A DNA stretch of 32,000 bases from Geotalea daltonii FRC-32 (GCF_000022265.1 NC_011979.1:210001-242000), one strand, 5' to 3'; counted from the first letter of the stretch, positions 16,790 to 24,920 are shown. Numbers and translations are program-made. Notes: generated by a model not told the origin, from the sequence alone.

Positions 16790-17295
16790 TTATTTGATTT
16801 TCCAGAGAACGGCATGCGTCTCTGCCGATCCCGGGCTGGTCTGGCTATAACCCACCGCCTGCTTATGATTGTTGATGGCCTTGGCAAAGCTGTTCCCACC
16901 CAGCGAACCCAGATCGGTCATCACGCCTTTCTGCCATATGAAGGCCTTTGTCGGGCCTAAAGTCGCAGAACTGAAACCCACCACCTGTCCCTTATCATTG
17001 ATATCGAATACTCTGGTTTGACCTCCGAAAAGCGTACCCAGGTCAGTCATGACACCATCCTGCCAGAAGAAACCGTGAAAAAGTGCCGAGGAATCTAGAT
17101 CCGAGCCCGCCACCTGCCCCCTGTTATTGATAAAGATATCCACGGCGGTCCTTTCATCTTTATCAATCGGGCCCAAATCGGTCATCTTGCCCTGGACGAG
17201 GTGTTGCTGCACTTCTCCAAGAAGCAGAAGTCGGCAAGGCAGAAGTATGAGGTATTCATAGCTGATGGTGTCGAACGCGGGTCCCCTTAGAACTA
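16790..17295 (-). pseudogene. HAF-family extracellular repeat protein, 5'-truncated fragment (C-terminal ~3.5 repeats)
   Basis: Repeats of the form xAF(I/F)Wxx G(V/K)MTDLG(T/S)LGG ... INNxGQV(V/A)G(F/Y)S, ending ETHAVLWKIK*. There is no signal peptide or credible start. The tracked Met lies inside the antisense of the 40-nt att-like repeat. Confidence 0.65.
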
Positions 17296-17335
17296 CCTGG
17301 AAGGGCTGGGGAGAGCGGTCCGGCAGCTGCACTGA
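17296..17335 (+). repeat. direct repeat copy 2 (orphan copy of the VWA gene 3' end); att-like
   Basis: CCTGGAAGGGCTGGGGAGAGCGGTCCGGCAGCTGCACTGA. It still encodes LEGLGRAVRQLH* and has 3 synonymous differences from 11269-11308. Confidence 0.9.
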
Positions 17336-17455
17336 CCTTAATCCATCTCCCTTACGAGGTCTTTACCTGGACCGAAACTTTTAATAACGTTGTTGCTTAT
17401 TTAAAGTTTCTATCGTAACATTAAATAACTAATCCGGTTATTAAAGGTTTTGACT

Positions 17456-18652
17456 ATGCGCAAGAGCGATTTAAGTCCGGAGCGGCGAGGGTTACTTGTT
17501 CCTGTCAGGGAGTATTCCGGCAGCTTTGCCCTGGTTCCCCCTCCCACCCCTCGTGCCCGTGATCTGGTCGGGTTACCGGGATTGGAGGATAAACTGGTCA
17601 GGGCTCGCGAGGCTCTTGACAGCTTGCAACGGTTATCGGCGGTGCTGCCGAATCCGGATCTGGTCACCAGGACTGCCGATCGCCGGGAGGCGGTCAGAAG
17701 CAGTCAGATTGAGGGAACCCAGTCGGGGATCAATGACCTCCTTGCATTCGAGGCGACCGGTAGCGACGAGGGCTTACCACCAGATGTTCAAGTGACAAAA
17801 AACTATGTGTATGCACTTGAGCATGGCCTGGAGCAGGTACGGGAGAGCGGGGTTTCGGCGTTCAGTTGCGGGCTCATCAAGCAGATTCATGCCCGGCTCA
17901 TGGAGAAGGTTGCGTCCTTTCAAGGAATTCCCGGAGAATTCAGGGACAGGCAAAACTGGATTGGTGGAGGGTTGAGGATCGATCAGGCAAAGTTTGTTCC
18001 CCCCCCTGCCGAATACATAGACCCCTGTATGGAGGACCTTCTCCAGGTGCTGCATTACACGCCGGAGGAAGAAGATTTTTTTGAATTTTCCATCATAATG
18101 AGGATGGCCGTTGTTCATGCCCAGTTTGAAACTATCCATCCCTTCATCGACGGCAATGGAAGGGTCGGGAGGATACTCCTCCCACTGATGCTGGCCGCCG
18201 AGGGCCTGCCCCCTGTGTACCTTGCAGGTTACCTGAAGGAGAACCAGCGCGAGTACTATGAAGCACTGGCAGGGGTGCAACTGCGCGGAAGATGGGCAGA
18301 GTGGATTCGTTTTTTTTCAGCAGGTGTGGAGGCCGCTGTTCAAGAGGCGATAGATACCTCTGTCGGATTGGATGCAATCGTAAAGAAATGGGAAGCCATA
18401 GTGGCAGATATGGGACTTCGGCGTCAGTCGGTGTTGCATAGATTTCCGAGGCTCATGGCAGGCACCCCTGTACTGACCGCAAACCAGGTCAAAGACGCTC
18501 TCAATATTTCATTCCCGTCGGCAAGTGCTGCTCTGGCGAAATTGGAAGAAGTCGACATCTTGGTTCAACGGCAACCTCATCGGCGCAACAGGTGCTTCTA
18601 TGCGAAGGAAGTCATCGAGCTTCTTGACCGGGCGCCCAAGGTGCGGCGATAG
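17456..18652 (+). CDS. fic: Fic family protein (class II, autoinhibited AMPylase type, with a C-terminal wHTH-like region)
   Basis: Fic motif HPFIDGNGRVGR. The N-terminal inhibitory motif SxxxEG is present as SSQIEG. ATG 17456 (the track starts at TTG 17450). Confidence 0.9.
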   Translation: MRKSDLSPERRGLLVPVREYSGSFALVPPPTPRARDLVGLPGLEDKLVRAREALDSLQRLSAVLPNPDLVTRTADRREAVRSSQIEGTQSGINDLLAFEATGSDEGLPPDVQVTKNYVYALEHGLEQVRESGVSAFSCGLIKQIHARLMEKVASFQGIPGEFRDRQNWIGGGLRIDQAKFVPPPAEYIDPCMEDLLQVLHYTPEEEDFFEFSIIMRMAVVHAQFETIHPFIDGNGRVGRILLPLMLAAEGLPPVYLAGYLKENQREYYEALAGVQLRGRWAEWIRFFSAGVEAAVQEAIDTSVGLDAIVKKWEAIVADMGLRRQSVLHRFPRLMAGTPVLTANQVKDALNISFPSASAALAKLEEVDILVQRQPHRRNRCFYAKEVIELLDRAPKVRR

Positions 18653-18743
18653 ATTAATGGCGGGCTGGGCCTGCACAGAAGTAGCACTGACCGTTGCGTT
18701 CAGACATCGTCTGCCATAACTTTTGAAGACAAAGAGGACACAC

Positions 18744-19919
18744 ATGCAACACTACATGATCGGCATCCTGATATTGACCATCTGCATGGGCGGCTGTGCC
18801 CGCACGCTTCCGCCCAGTGAGGAACTTACTCAGGCGGTGACCAAGAGCTTCGCTGCCACGGGATTCAACTACACCTCGAAGAGCAGGATTACCGACCTGA
18901 ATGTGCCCCGGAAAGACCTGCCCAAAATGCCGGGCAAGAAGACCAATCTGGCCCTGGACAAGGGGCTTGAGGTGCTCGACAGTCTTTCCGTCACTTTGGA
19001 CGGCGCCGTGGACACGACGGCAAAAAGGTCCCAGGTGCTCTATGCCCTGCGGTACGAAAGGGACAATCTGGAAATTTCCGTCAAGCTGCCCATTTTGATG
19101 GATTACGGGACGCAGACGGTCTACCTGGGCACCTCCATCTACACGACGGTCCTGGAGTCACTCTACCCGCAAGCTCCGCCAACCAGGGGCAAGCTGATCC
19201 GGATCGACCTCAACAAACTCTTGCAGGAGGGAACCGCCAAGAAGCCCGAGTTGGCAAAGGTGGTCGGCAGCAATCTCCTCAATGGCAAAAACATCGACCT
19301 GATCAACAATGCCATAAAGGCTGCGGTCCTTAAGGAACTCCCCAAACTGAAGGAGGACTGCTTCAGGGATCAGCCGCTCTCCGACAAGGACAGGCAAGCG
19401 GGGGTGATCCGCCGCATTCGGGTGGATCTCGGCCGTAGCGAGTCCGTTTCACTGGCCCTGGGGGCAATGGAGAGTGTCGTCGAGGCCCTCTATCAGCAGC
19501 AAATTATTCCCGAGCAGGTGTACACGGTCCTGCTTACTCTGACCGATCCCAAATTTGCGGAAGAGGCAAAGGAGAAACTTTCAATAAATGCGACCTTCCA
19601 TGTGGGTATTGCCCCTTCCGGGCAGGTGGCGTATGTGGAGGGACAGTATGACATGGCTGACCGGCAGGAACAGTTCCGCGTGGGAGTAGAAACGGTCAGC
19701 ACCTTCTCCAATTATGGCGCTCCCCGCTTCACCTTGTTGCCGGAACAAAGCGGGGTTGTGGATTTCACCGAGCTCCTCAAGGTGATTGCTGTTTCGGCCC
19801 AGGAAAAAAAGGCCGACGTTGATGCCTCAAATGCGGAAGAGATTGACGAAACGAGTAAGGACGGCACGCTCGATACAAAAGGTGATGTGTGGCTTCAAAG
19901 AGCCGATGTTGCCCTCTGA
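18744..19919 (+). CDS. hypothetical lipoprotein
   Basis: ATG 18744 follows AAGAGGA. Signal peptide plus lipobox-like ICMGGC. No family recognised. Confidence 0.6.
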   Translation: MQHYMIGILILTICMGGCARTLPPSEELTQAVTKSFAATGFNYTSKSRITDLNVPRKDLPKMPGKKTNLALDKGLEVLDSLSVTLDGAVDTTAKRSQVLYALRYERDNLEISVKLPILMDYGTQTVYLGTSIYTTVLESLYPQAPPTRGKLIRIDLNKLLQEGTAKKPELAKVVGSNLLNGKNIDLINNAIKAAVLKELPKLKEDCFRDQPLSDKDRQAGVIRRIRVDLGRSESVSLALGAMESVVEALYQQQIIPEQVYTVLLTLTDPKFAEEAKEKLSINATFHVGIAPSGQVAYVEGQYDMADRQEQFRVGVETVSTFSNYGAPRFTLLPEQSGVVDFTELLKVIAVSAQEKKADVDASNAEEIDETSKDGTLDTKGDVWLQRADVAL

Positions 19920-19957
19920 CCAGGCGAATCTGGCACAGCGATCCAGGACAAGGACAG

Positions 19958-19975
19958 GGGGACGTAGTTGATTAG
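19958..19975. repeat. solitary half (one arm) of the palindromic repeat element
   Basis: GGGGACGTAGTTGATTAG is identical to the arm consensus of the elements at 12310 and 13886. Similarity ends abruptly after it. Confidence 0.7.
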
Positions 19976-20002
19976 TGGAGTAGCGATGCTTGATAACAAA
20001 CA

Positions 20003-20092
20003 ACTGCTGTCCCCCACCACCTGTCCCTTATAGTTGATGTCGATCCCAAAGCTGTGATCATGGGAGGTTTGGGGATGCCCCGTTGTCGTCCC
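20003..20092 (-). pseudogene. HAF-family repeat fragment (about one repeat)
   Basis: The minus-strand translation ...GTTTGHPQTSHDHSFGIDINYKGQVVGDSS matches the xSxAxGINxxGQVVGxS part of the HAF repeat. It is wedged between the hipA stop and the half-palindrome. Confidence 0.5.
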
Positions 20093-20110
20093 TCTGCTTC
20101 GCAGCAACAC

Positions 20111-21358
20111 TCATAAAAGCTTCCGTAAGGTATTCTCCGTCTGCCCCCCGATAAATTCCATCAAACGGTACAATGCATCGCACCTGTAGGGAGCGAAGCT
20201 GCCATTGAAGAGCTGCAGCCGGATCTCCTCGATCCTTTTCGCCAGTTCAACAACGCGGCTGAGCACCAATCGGGGCTTGATTCCGGCCTCTTCGGCAAAC
20301 AGCTCCCAGTGTTTTTTCCGGAGAGAGTCCGGATCGCTAATGCCGCCGATTTTCATCGCCAAACCGGATGCCAGTCCGTAATGGGCAAAGATCCTGGTCG
20401 AAACCAGATCGTAGAATGGCGCCAGCACTGGGCCTTTCGGCAGCAACAACAGGGAGATGTTTTTGCCATGGGCATCGGAGTTGCCGATAAGGTAGTTGAA
20501 GATCAGCCAGTTCAGCAGGGAGAGCACATCTTTCCCCGACCTGATGCTCGCATGGCGCAGGAGATCGATGCATGAGACCAGAGTCGGGCCACCTTCCGTT
20601 TCATACTTGAACTCGGGGGGGATTGCGAGCGCTTGGCAGAAGTCTTCCTGATGCAGTCTTCTGGTACCCCCTGCAACGGCAAGGCGGTCATAGCGTTTGA
20701 CTACGAATACGCAAGTCTCGCCATGCCGATGAATGAATGACTCGGGCACATCGAGGCCGACCGCCCGGGCCAGGGCCATGCAGAATGCCTCGTTTTCAAC
20801 TGTGCCGTCCAGTCCTTCAATGGGAGGTTTGATAATATAGTTGCTGGGAGCGTCGCCAAGCCCAAGATGAAAGTGCTGCTCGTCATAGTAGACGGGAAGC
20901 TTCTTCTGGGCGCCGGCCAGAGACAGGCGAACACCTTTCTCACCGGCCAACAGAGGCCGTCTGGGAAGTTCTTCGATAATGGCATCCAGTTCATCCAGAG
21001 AAAGTTGTCGGTAAGCTGCAGGTTCCGGTTGAAATTCGTCGGTTGCAGGATAGAGCGAGACTGCGCCGGCACAGTCGCCACCGATTTTTTCCAGAAGGCC
21101 GTAATCGTTGTTCGGGGAAACGCTGAGGTTTCGGGAGATAACCGCCCGCATTCTTTCTTCGGGAAGGAGGTTGGCAAAAAAGGGGTGTGACTCATCGTCG
21201 AGATATGGTTCCCGGCGTAGTGGCAGGGAAAGGGATAACGGCATGTGTGATGTGGCGAGCCACCGCTTATCGTACTGAAAACAGAATCGTTTCCTGTCGT
21301 CCAGCCACAAGCTGCCGACAACAACTCCATCGACCCTTACCTGAAGAGCATTGCTCAT
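20111..21358 (-). CDS. hipA: HipA-family serine/threonine kinase toxin
   Basis: 415 aa with a HipA N-terminal coupling region (VGSLWLDDRKRFCFQYDKRW) and a kinase C-terminal domain (IGNSDAHGKNISLLL). 4-nt overlap with the upstream XRE gene. Confidence 0.9.
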   Translation of the reverse strand: MSNALQVRVDGVVVGSLWLDDRKRFCFQYDKRWLATSHMPLSLSLPLRREPYLDDESHPFFANLLPEERMRAVISRNLSVSPNNDYGLLEKIGGDCAGAVSLYPATDEFQPEPAAYRQLSLDELDAIIEELPRRPLLAGEKGVRLSLAGAQKKLPVYYDEQHFHLGLGDAPSNYIIKPPIEGLDGTVENEAFCMALARAVGLDVPESFIHRHGETCVFVVKRYDRLAVAGGTRRLHQEDFCQALAIPPEFKYETEGGPTLVSCIDLLRHASIRSGKDVLSLLNWLIFNYLIGNSDAHGKNISLLLLPKGPVLAPFYDLVSTRIFAHYGLASGLAMKIGGISDPDSLRKKHWELFAEEAGIKPRLVLSRVVELAKRIEEIRLQLFNGSFAPYRCDALYRLMEFIGGQTENTLRKLL

Positions 21359-21591
21359 GTTTCCTTCCCCGGTCCGCTCCAGGTGCGGAGATTGGCCTCA
21401 AGTTCGATGCTGAGGCAGCTAAGCACCTGCAGCACCTTGTTCAGACGCACGGTTTCCTTGCCGTTCTCCAGTGCCGAGAGAAAGGCGTAGCTCACCCCAC
21501 AGACCGCTGCCGCCTCCTCCAGGGTTAGTCCGTCAGTTTTACGTTTCTGCTTGATGATGCCGCCCAGGTTTTTCACAGTTAAGATTTTCAC
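21355..21591 (-). CDS. hipB: HipB-like XRE-family HTH antitoxin
   Basis: 78 aa with an HTH (LTLEEAAAVCGVSYAFLSALENGK). GTG start preceded by GAGGG. Confidence 0.85.
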   Translation of the reverse strand: MKILTVKNLGGIIKQKRKTDGLTLEEAAAVCGVSYAFLSALENGKETVRLNKVLQVLSCLSIELEANLRTWSGPGKET

Positions 21592-21652
21592 TCTGCCCTC
21601 ATTTATCTGCGTTCGTATATATATAACAGGTTTGGGGGGAATTGACAGGGGA

Positions 21653-21674
21653 AAATATAAGATCGCATATATTT
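21653..21674. promoter_or_regulatory. operator-like inverted repeat upstream of hipBA
   Basis: AAATATA-N8-TATATTT, 62-83 nt upstream of the hipB start in an AT-rich tract with further TATATA runs. It has the same half-site-N8-half-site geometry as the E. coli hip operators (TATCC-N8-GGATA). Confidence 0.4.
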
Positions 21675-21809
21675 AGCAGCCGACTGCTGGGATGAGCGAA
21701 AATTATATACGATATTATATGATTGACTAGGAAGCTGATGTTTTTGGCATGCTCACCCCTTCTTTGCGTCTCCTCTGGAAAAGAAAATGCTGCAGAAACT
21801 GTGCGATGA

Positions 21810-22256
21810 TTAACGCTGCAGGTACCCGGCATGATCGACGACGGTATCGGGGGCTCCGTTGATGAGGGCCTGGCGGTGGCGCTCCAAAAGTGGGCTCTTC
21901 TCCATGGTCCGCTCGTCGATGAGTACGAGGACCGACTCAACCGTGGCGAGCAGTTTGTCTTCGCCGGCAAGGCGAAATTCTGTGGCGAGGGTGAAGGAGG
22001 TGGTCCCCACGTGAGTGGTGCGGACGGAGGCTTCGATGACGTCGTCGAAGCGGGCCGGCGCTTTCCATTCTGTGGTCTGCTTGACCCATTGAATGCCGTA
22101 GGTGCCGTCGGCAAATTCCCGGCGCAGGCCGATGGCGCGCATGAATTCAGAGATGGCTACGGCGGTGTAGTCACCGTAGCGGGCGTTGAAAACTACCCGC
22201 TGCATGTCGCACTCGGCGTAGCGGACGCGCAGGTAGTAGCGAAACGGTCTGTTCAT
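21810..22256 (-). CDS. acyl-CoA thioesterase, 4HBT/YbgC (hotdog) family
   Basis: MNRPFRYYLRVRYAECDMQRVVFNARY... is typical of hotdog thioesterases. The ATG overlaps the MFS stop (ATGA). The tracked ORF extends 27 codons further upstream, which is unlikely. Confidence 0.85.
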   Translation of the reverse strand: MNRPFRYYLRVRYAECDMQRVVFNARYGDYTAVAISEFMRAIGLRREFADGTYGIQWVKQTTEWKAPARFDDVIEASVRTTHVGTTSFTLATEFRLAGEDKLLATVESVLVLIDERTMEKSPLLERHRQALINGAPDTVVDHAGYLQR

Positions 22257-23464
22257 GGTAATTCCTTTTCTGTGATTTCTTCGAGGGCATAGGTTTTTTC
22301 GGCCCTTGCCCGGCGGCGCATGGCGTAGTAAAAGCATGTGCAGGCCAGGGTCAGGAGCCCCAAGGCAAGATACACATTCGCGTAGCCGAAGGCAAGGATA
22401 CTCCCGCCGAGGAGGTAGGCCCCCAGACCGACTCCCCCGTCCAGGCAGGTAAAGACGGTGGCTGTTACCTCACTGGCCCGGTGCGGGGGTGAGATTTGTA
22501 TCGCCAGGGTCTGGATGCTGGGCACGGCCATGCCGTAGCCTACGCCGATCAGGGCTGCCGCCGAAAGCAGTCCTGCAGCGGAATGGATGCAGCCCATGAG
22601 CAACAGGCCGGCTGCCATGAGGACAATGGCCGGATAGATGGCGGCATCGGGACCGAAGCGGTCGTACATGCGCCCGGTCGTCACCCGGGCGGCGACGGAG
22701 GCCGCTGCCATAACCACAAAGAAGTAGTTGGCCGCAGCCGTCAGGCGCAGTTCCGCAGCATAGACGGCAACGAAGGTCAGTACTCCGCCATAGGCAATGG
22801 CAATTACCAGAATGATCAGCGATACCGGAACCGCCTTCCATTCATAAAGATCGTGAAAGGAAAATCCTCGCTTGATTTGCGGCCTTTCGTCGGGAATGGT
22901 CATGGCACAAAGAATCAACATGCCCAACAGGCTCACCAGAGCACTGAGGATGAAGACTGCCCGGTAGCCCAGTGTCTGTGACAGGGTCAGGCCGAGATAG
23001 GGACCTATGGCGCCACCGGCCAGAACCATGGTGGTAATGTAGGCCAGTCCTTCGCCCACTCTGGACCTGGGGATCAGGCGGCTGCCCATGGCCTGGATGC
23101 CGGTATTTGCCACGGCAAAGCAGGCTCCGCTGAAAAATCTGATCAGCATGACACCTGCCACCGTTGTGGCCGAAAGATAAAGGAGGTTGGTCGCCACGAA
23201 GAGAAATCCACTTGCCAGAAGCACGCGGCGGCTGCCGAATCGTCCTTCGAGCCGGGCCGTCTGGGCACGGAAGAGGACAGCGGCAATAAGAAAAATGCCG
23301 TTGACGGCACCGGCAGCCTCCATTGAGCTGTGCAGCTCTTTCAGCAGGTAGACCGGCATGACCGGAAGGTACAGGGCAAAGGGGATGAAGAGAAAAAACA
23401 TCCCCAGCGTCGTCAGGGTGAAGGTTCGCGACCAAAGGATTTCTTTTGTACCGGTGTGTGCCAT
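22253..23464 (-). CDS. MFS transporter
   Basis: 403 aa with ~12 hydrophobic helices and MFS-like loop motifs. Confidence 0.88.
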   Translation of the reverse strand: MAHTGTKEILWSRTFTLTTLGMFFLFIPFALYLPVMPVYLLKELHSSMEAAGAVNGIFLIAAVLFRAQTARLEGRFGSRRVLLASGFLFVATNLLYLSATTVAGVMLIRFFSGACFAVANTGIQAMGSRLIPRSRVGEGLAYITTMVLAGGAIGPYLGLTLSQTLGYRAVFILSALVSLLGMLILCAMTIPDERPQIKRGFSFHDLYEWKAVPVSLIILVIAIAYGGVLTFVAVYAAELRLTAAANYFFVVMAAASVAARVTTGRMYDRFGPDAAIYPAIVLMAAGLLLMGCIHSAAGLLSAAALIGVGYGMAVPSIQTLAIQISPPHRASEVTATVFTCLDGGVGLGAYLLGGSILAFGYANVYLALGLLTLACTCFYYAMRRRARAEKTYALEEITEKELP

Positions 23465-23496
23465 AAGTCCCGCACTTCAGCCTGTCTGGATGCTGG

Positions 23497-24762
23497 TCAG
23501 CGGCTGCGATTGATAAAACGGTCAGCCGAAGTCGCCATGGAAAACTCGCTGCGGATCATGTTCTGCAGGTCGTCGATGGAGCCGATGGCCTTTCTCAACC
23601 GTTCCCGTTCAGGTCCCGGGAGTTCGTGGGGATTGATGTAACAGGCGTCATCGATGATTCTTTTGCGCAGCCTGTTTTGCTGCAGAAGTCGATGGCCGGT
23701 GATGACATGATAGGCGTCGGCCAGCTCGCTTGCCATCTGGTCCGTCAGGCGGCCTGCGTCCCTCAGCCGGTCGATTCTGGCCGGGGTGGAGGTCTCCTCT
23801 ATACCCACGTGGACCGCCAGCAGCCGGACGCACATCACGAGCGGCATCCAGGCCATGACCTTGATATTGAATTCTCCCCGGTGCAGCCCGTCGGCCTCGA
23901 CGACAAATCGCCTGAGGAACCCTTTGGACAGCCGCATGGAACTGACGACTCTGGCCATGTGCCTGATGGCCTGGGGATTCTCTCTCACCCGTGACCGGAC
24001 CGACTTGCCGAAGCCAAGGCCCAGGTCCCGGTCGCCGCAGATGAAGCGGACGTCCATCAGGGCGATGAGATTGACGATACTCTTTTCCCAGTCGCTCCTT
24101 TCCAGGCGGAGCATGTGGGAAAGTCGGCTCTCCCATTGCTGCACTGATCCACGCCATGCCTCATTGACCGGCATGATGCCGCCGCTGCATCTGCTGATGC
24201 CGACCGCCTCGAGTTTATTCACGAATACCGAGCCGAGGCTGGCGAAGTAATCGCCTGGCTCCTCCCCCATTTGCACGGATATGACTTCGCCAGAGCCATG
24301 TAGAAAGAGGTAATCCTGGTCCGAAAACAGCAGTTCTTCCCTTCGGCCGGCGCTGCCGACTGCGAAAAGCGATAGGGGTGCCTCGCAGTAGGACCCGGCG
24401 AAATAGAGCTCCCGGCGGGCCAACTCCAGCACCCGTTCTACAATCGCTTCCCTGGCGGCCGTACAGATCTCCTGAACCATCGGTGTCGAGCCTGTGGCGA
24501 GGAAAAGATCACTGGCCACGCCGACCAGCCGTTCATTGATGGAACGCAGGACAGCCAACTCTTCAGCAGCGGTAGCCATGGCAACCAGTGACCGAAGCTC
24601 GCTGCGGGCTGTAGCTATACTGCCCTGCAGCGGTTCCAGTGCCCCCCTGACCAGGGCCAGGAACTCCTCCCCCGGGGAGATATCCAGTCGCGCCAACCGT
24701 TCGCGCACTATCCGGTCCACCTGGGACAGGGACAGCTCCGTTGGGAGTCGGTCCACATTCAC
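23497..24762 (-). CDS. DUF294-type putative nucleotidyltransferase (GlnD-like NTase plus substrate-binding domain)
   Basis: NTase signature FAVGSAGRREELLFSDQDYLF (GSxGRxE..SDxD). It lacks the cNMP/CBS sensor domains often fused to this family. The start is uncertain (GTG 24762 or GTG 24756). Confidence 0.7.
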   Translation of the reverse strand: MNVDRLPTELSLSQVDRIVRERLARLDISPGEEFLALVRGALEPLQGSIATARSELRSLVAMATAAEELAVLRSINERLVGVASDLFLATGSTPMVQEICTAAREAIVERVLELARRELYFAGSYCEAPLSLFAVGSAGRREELLFSDQDYLFLHGSGEVISVQMGEEPGDYFASLGSVFVNKLEAVGISRCSGGIMPVNEAWRGSVQQWESRLSHMLRLERSDWEKSIVNLIALMDVRFICGDRDLGLGFGKSVRSRVRENPQAIRHMARVVSSMRLSKGFLRRFVVEADGLHRGEFNIKVMAWMPLVMCVRLLAVHVGIEETSTPARIDRLRDAGRLTDQMASELADAYHVITGHRLLQQNRLRKRIIDDACYINPHELPGPERERLRKAIGSIDDLQNMIRSEFSMATSADRFINRSR

Positions 24763-24893
24763 CTCATCGTTTTTTCACCAGGCTGTCTGTAACGTAAGTG
24801 TCACAGCCTCAATTTGAAGACATTGGTGACAGCGTCTGCAAGAGAGCCGATCATGGCCGGGTCTTGAACGGCAGGAGATGTGGTCATACGAAT

Positions 24894-24920
24894 ACGGGCG
24901 GGGCTTGAGCCGCCGCCCGT
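24894..24920 (-). terminator. GC-rich hairpin downstream of the TRAP binding-protein gene (weak terminator)
   Basis: ACGGGCGG-N11-CCGCCCGT, followed on the minus strand by ATTCGTAT; the T-tract is poor. Confidence 0.4.

Noticed and set aside
16790-17332. The tracked 180-aa ORF starts MQLPDRSPQPFQ, identical to the start of the antisense ORF 10346-11305.
   Set aside because: The shared peptide is only the antisense reading of the 40-nt att-like direct repeat. The real content of this ORF is a 5'-truncated HAF-repeat fragment beginning near 17215, so the Met is not a genuine start.
21641-21674. Plus-strand TTGACA ... TATATT promoter-like pair in the hipB upstream region.
   Set aside because: The spacer is 20 nt, and it would transcribe antisense into the thioesterase operon. 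The TATATT more probably belongs to the hipB operator dyad.
11309-21700. Search for an integrase, transposase, reverse transcriptase, cas or other recombinase gene in the accessory patch.
   Set aside because: No ORF on either strand shows tyrosine-recombinase (R..HxxR..Y), serine-recombinase, DDE or HUH signatures that I could recognise. The mobility claims therefore rest on repeats only.
24824-24840. Plus-strand sigma-54-like string TGGTGACAGCGTCTGCA.
   Set aside because: The GG to GC spacing is 11 nt rather than 10, and it points away from any plus-strand gene, since both neighbours are on the minus strand.
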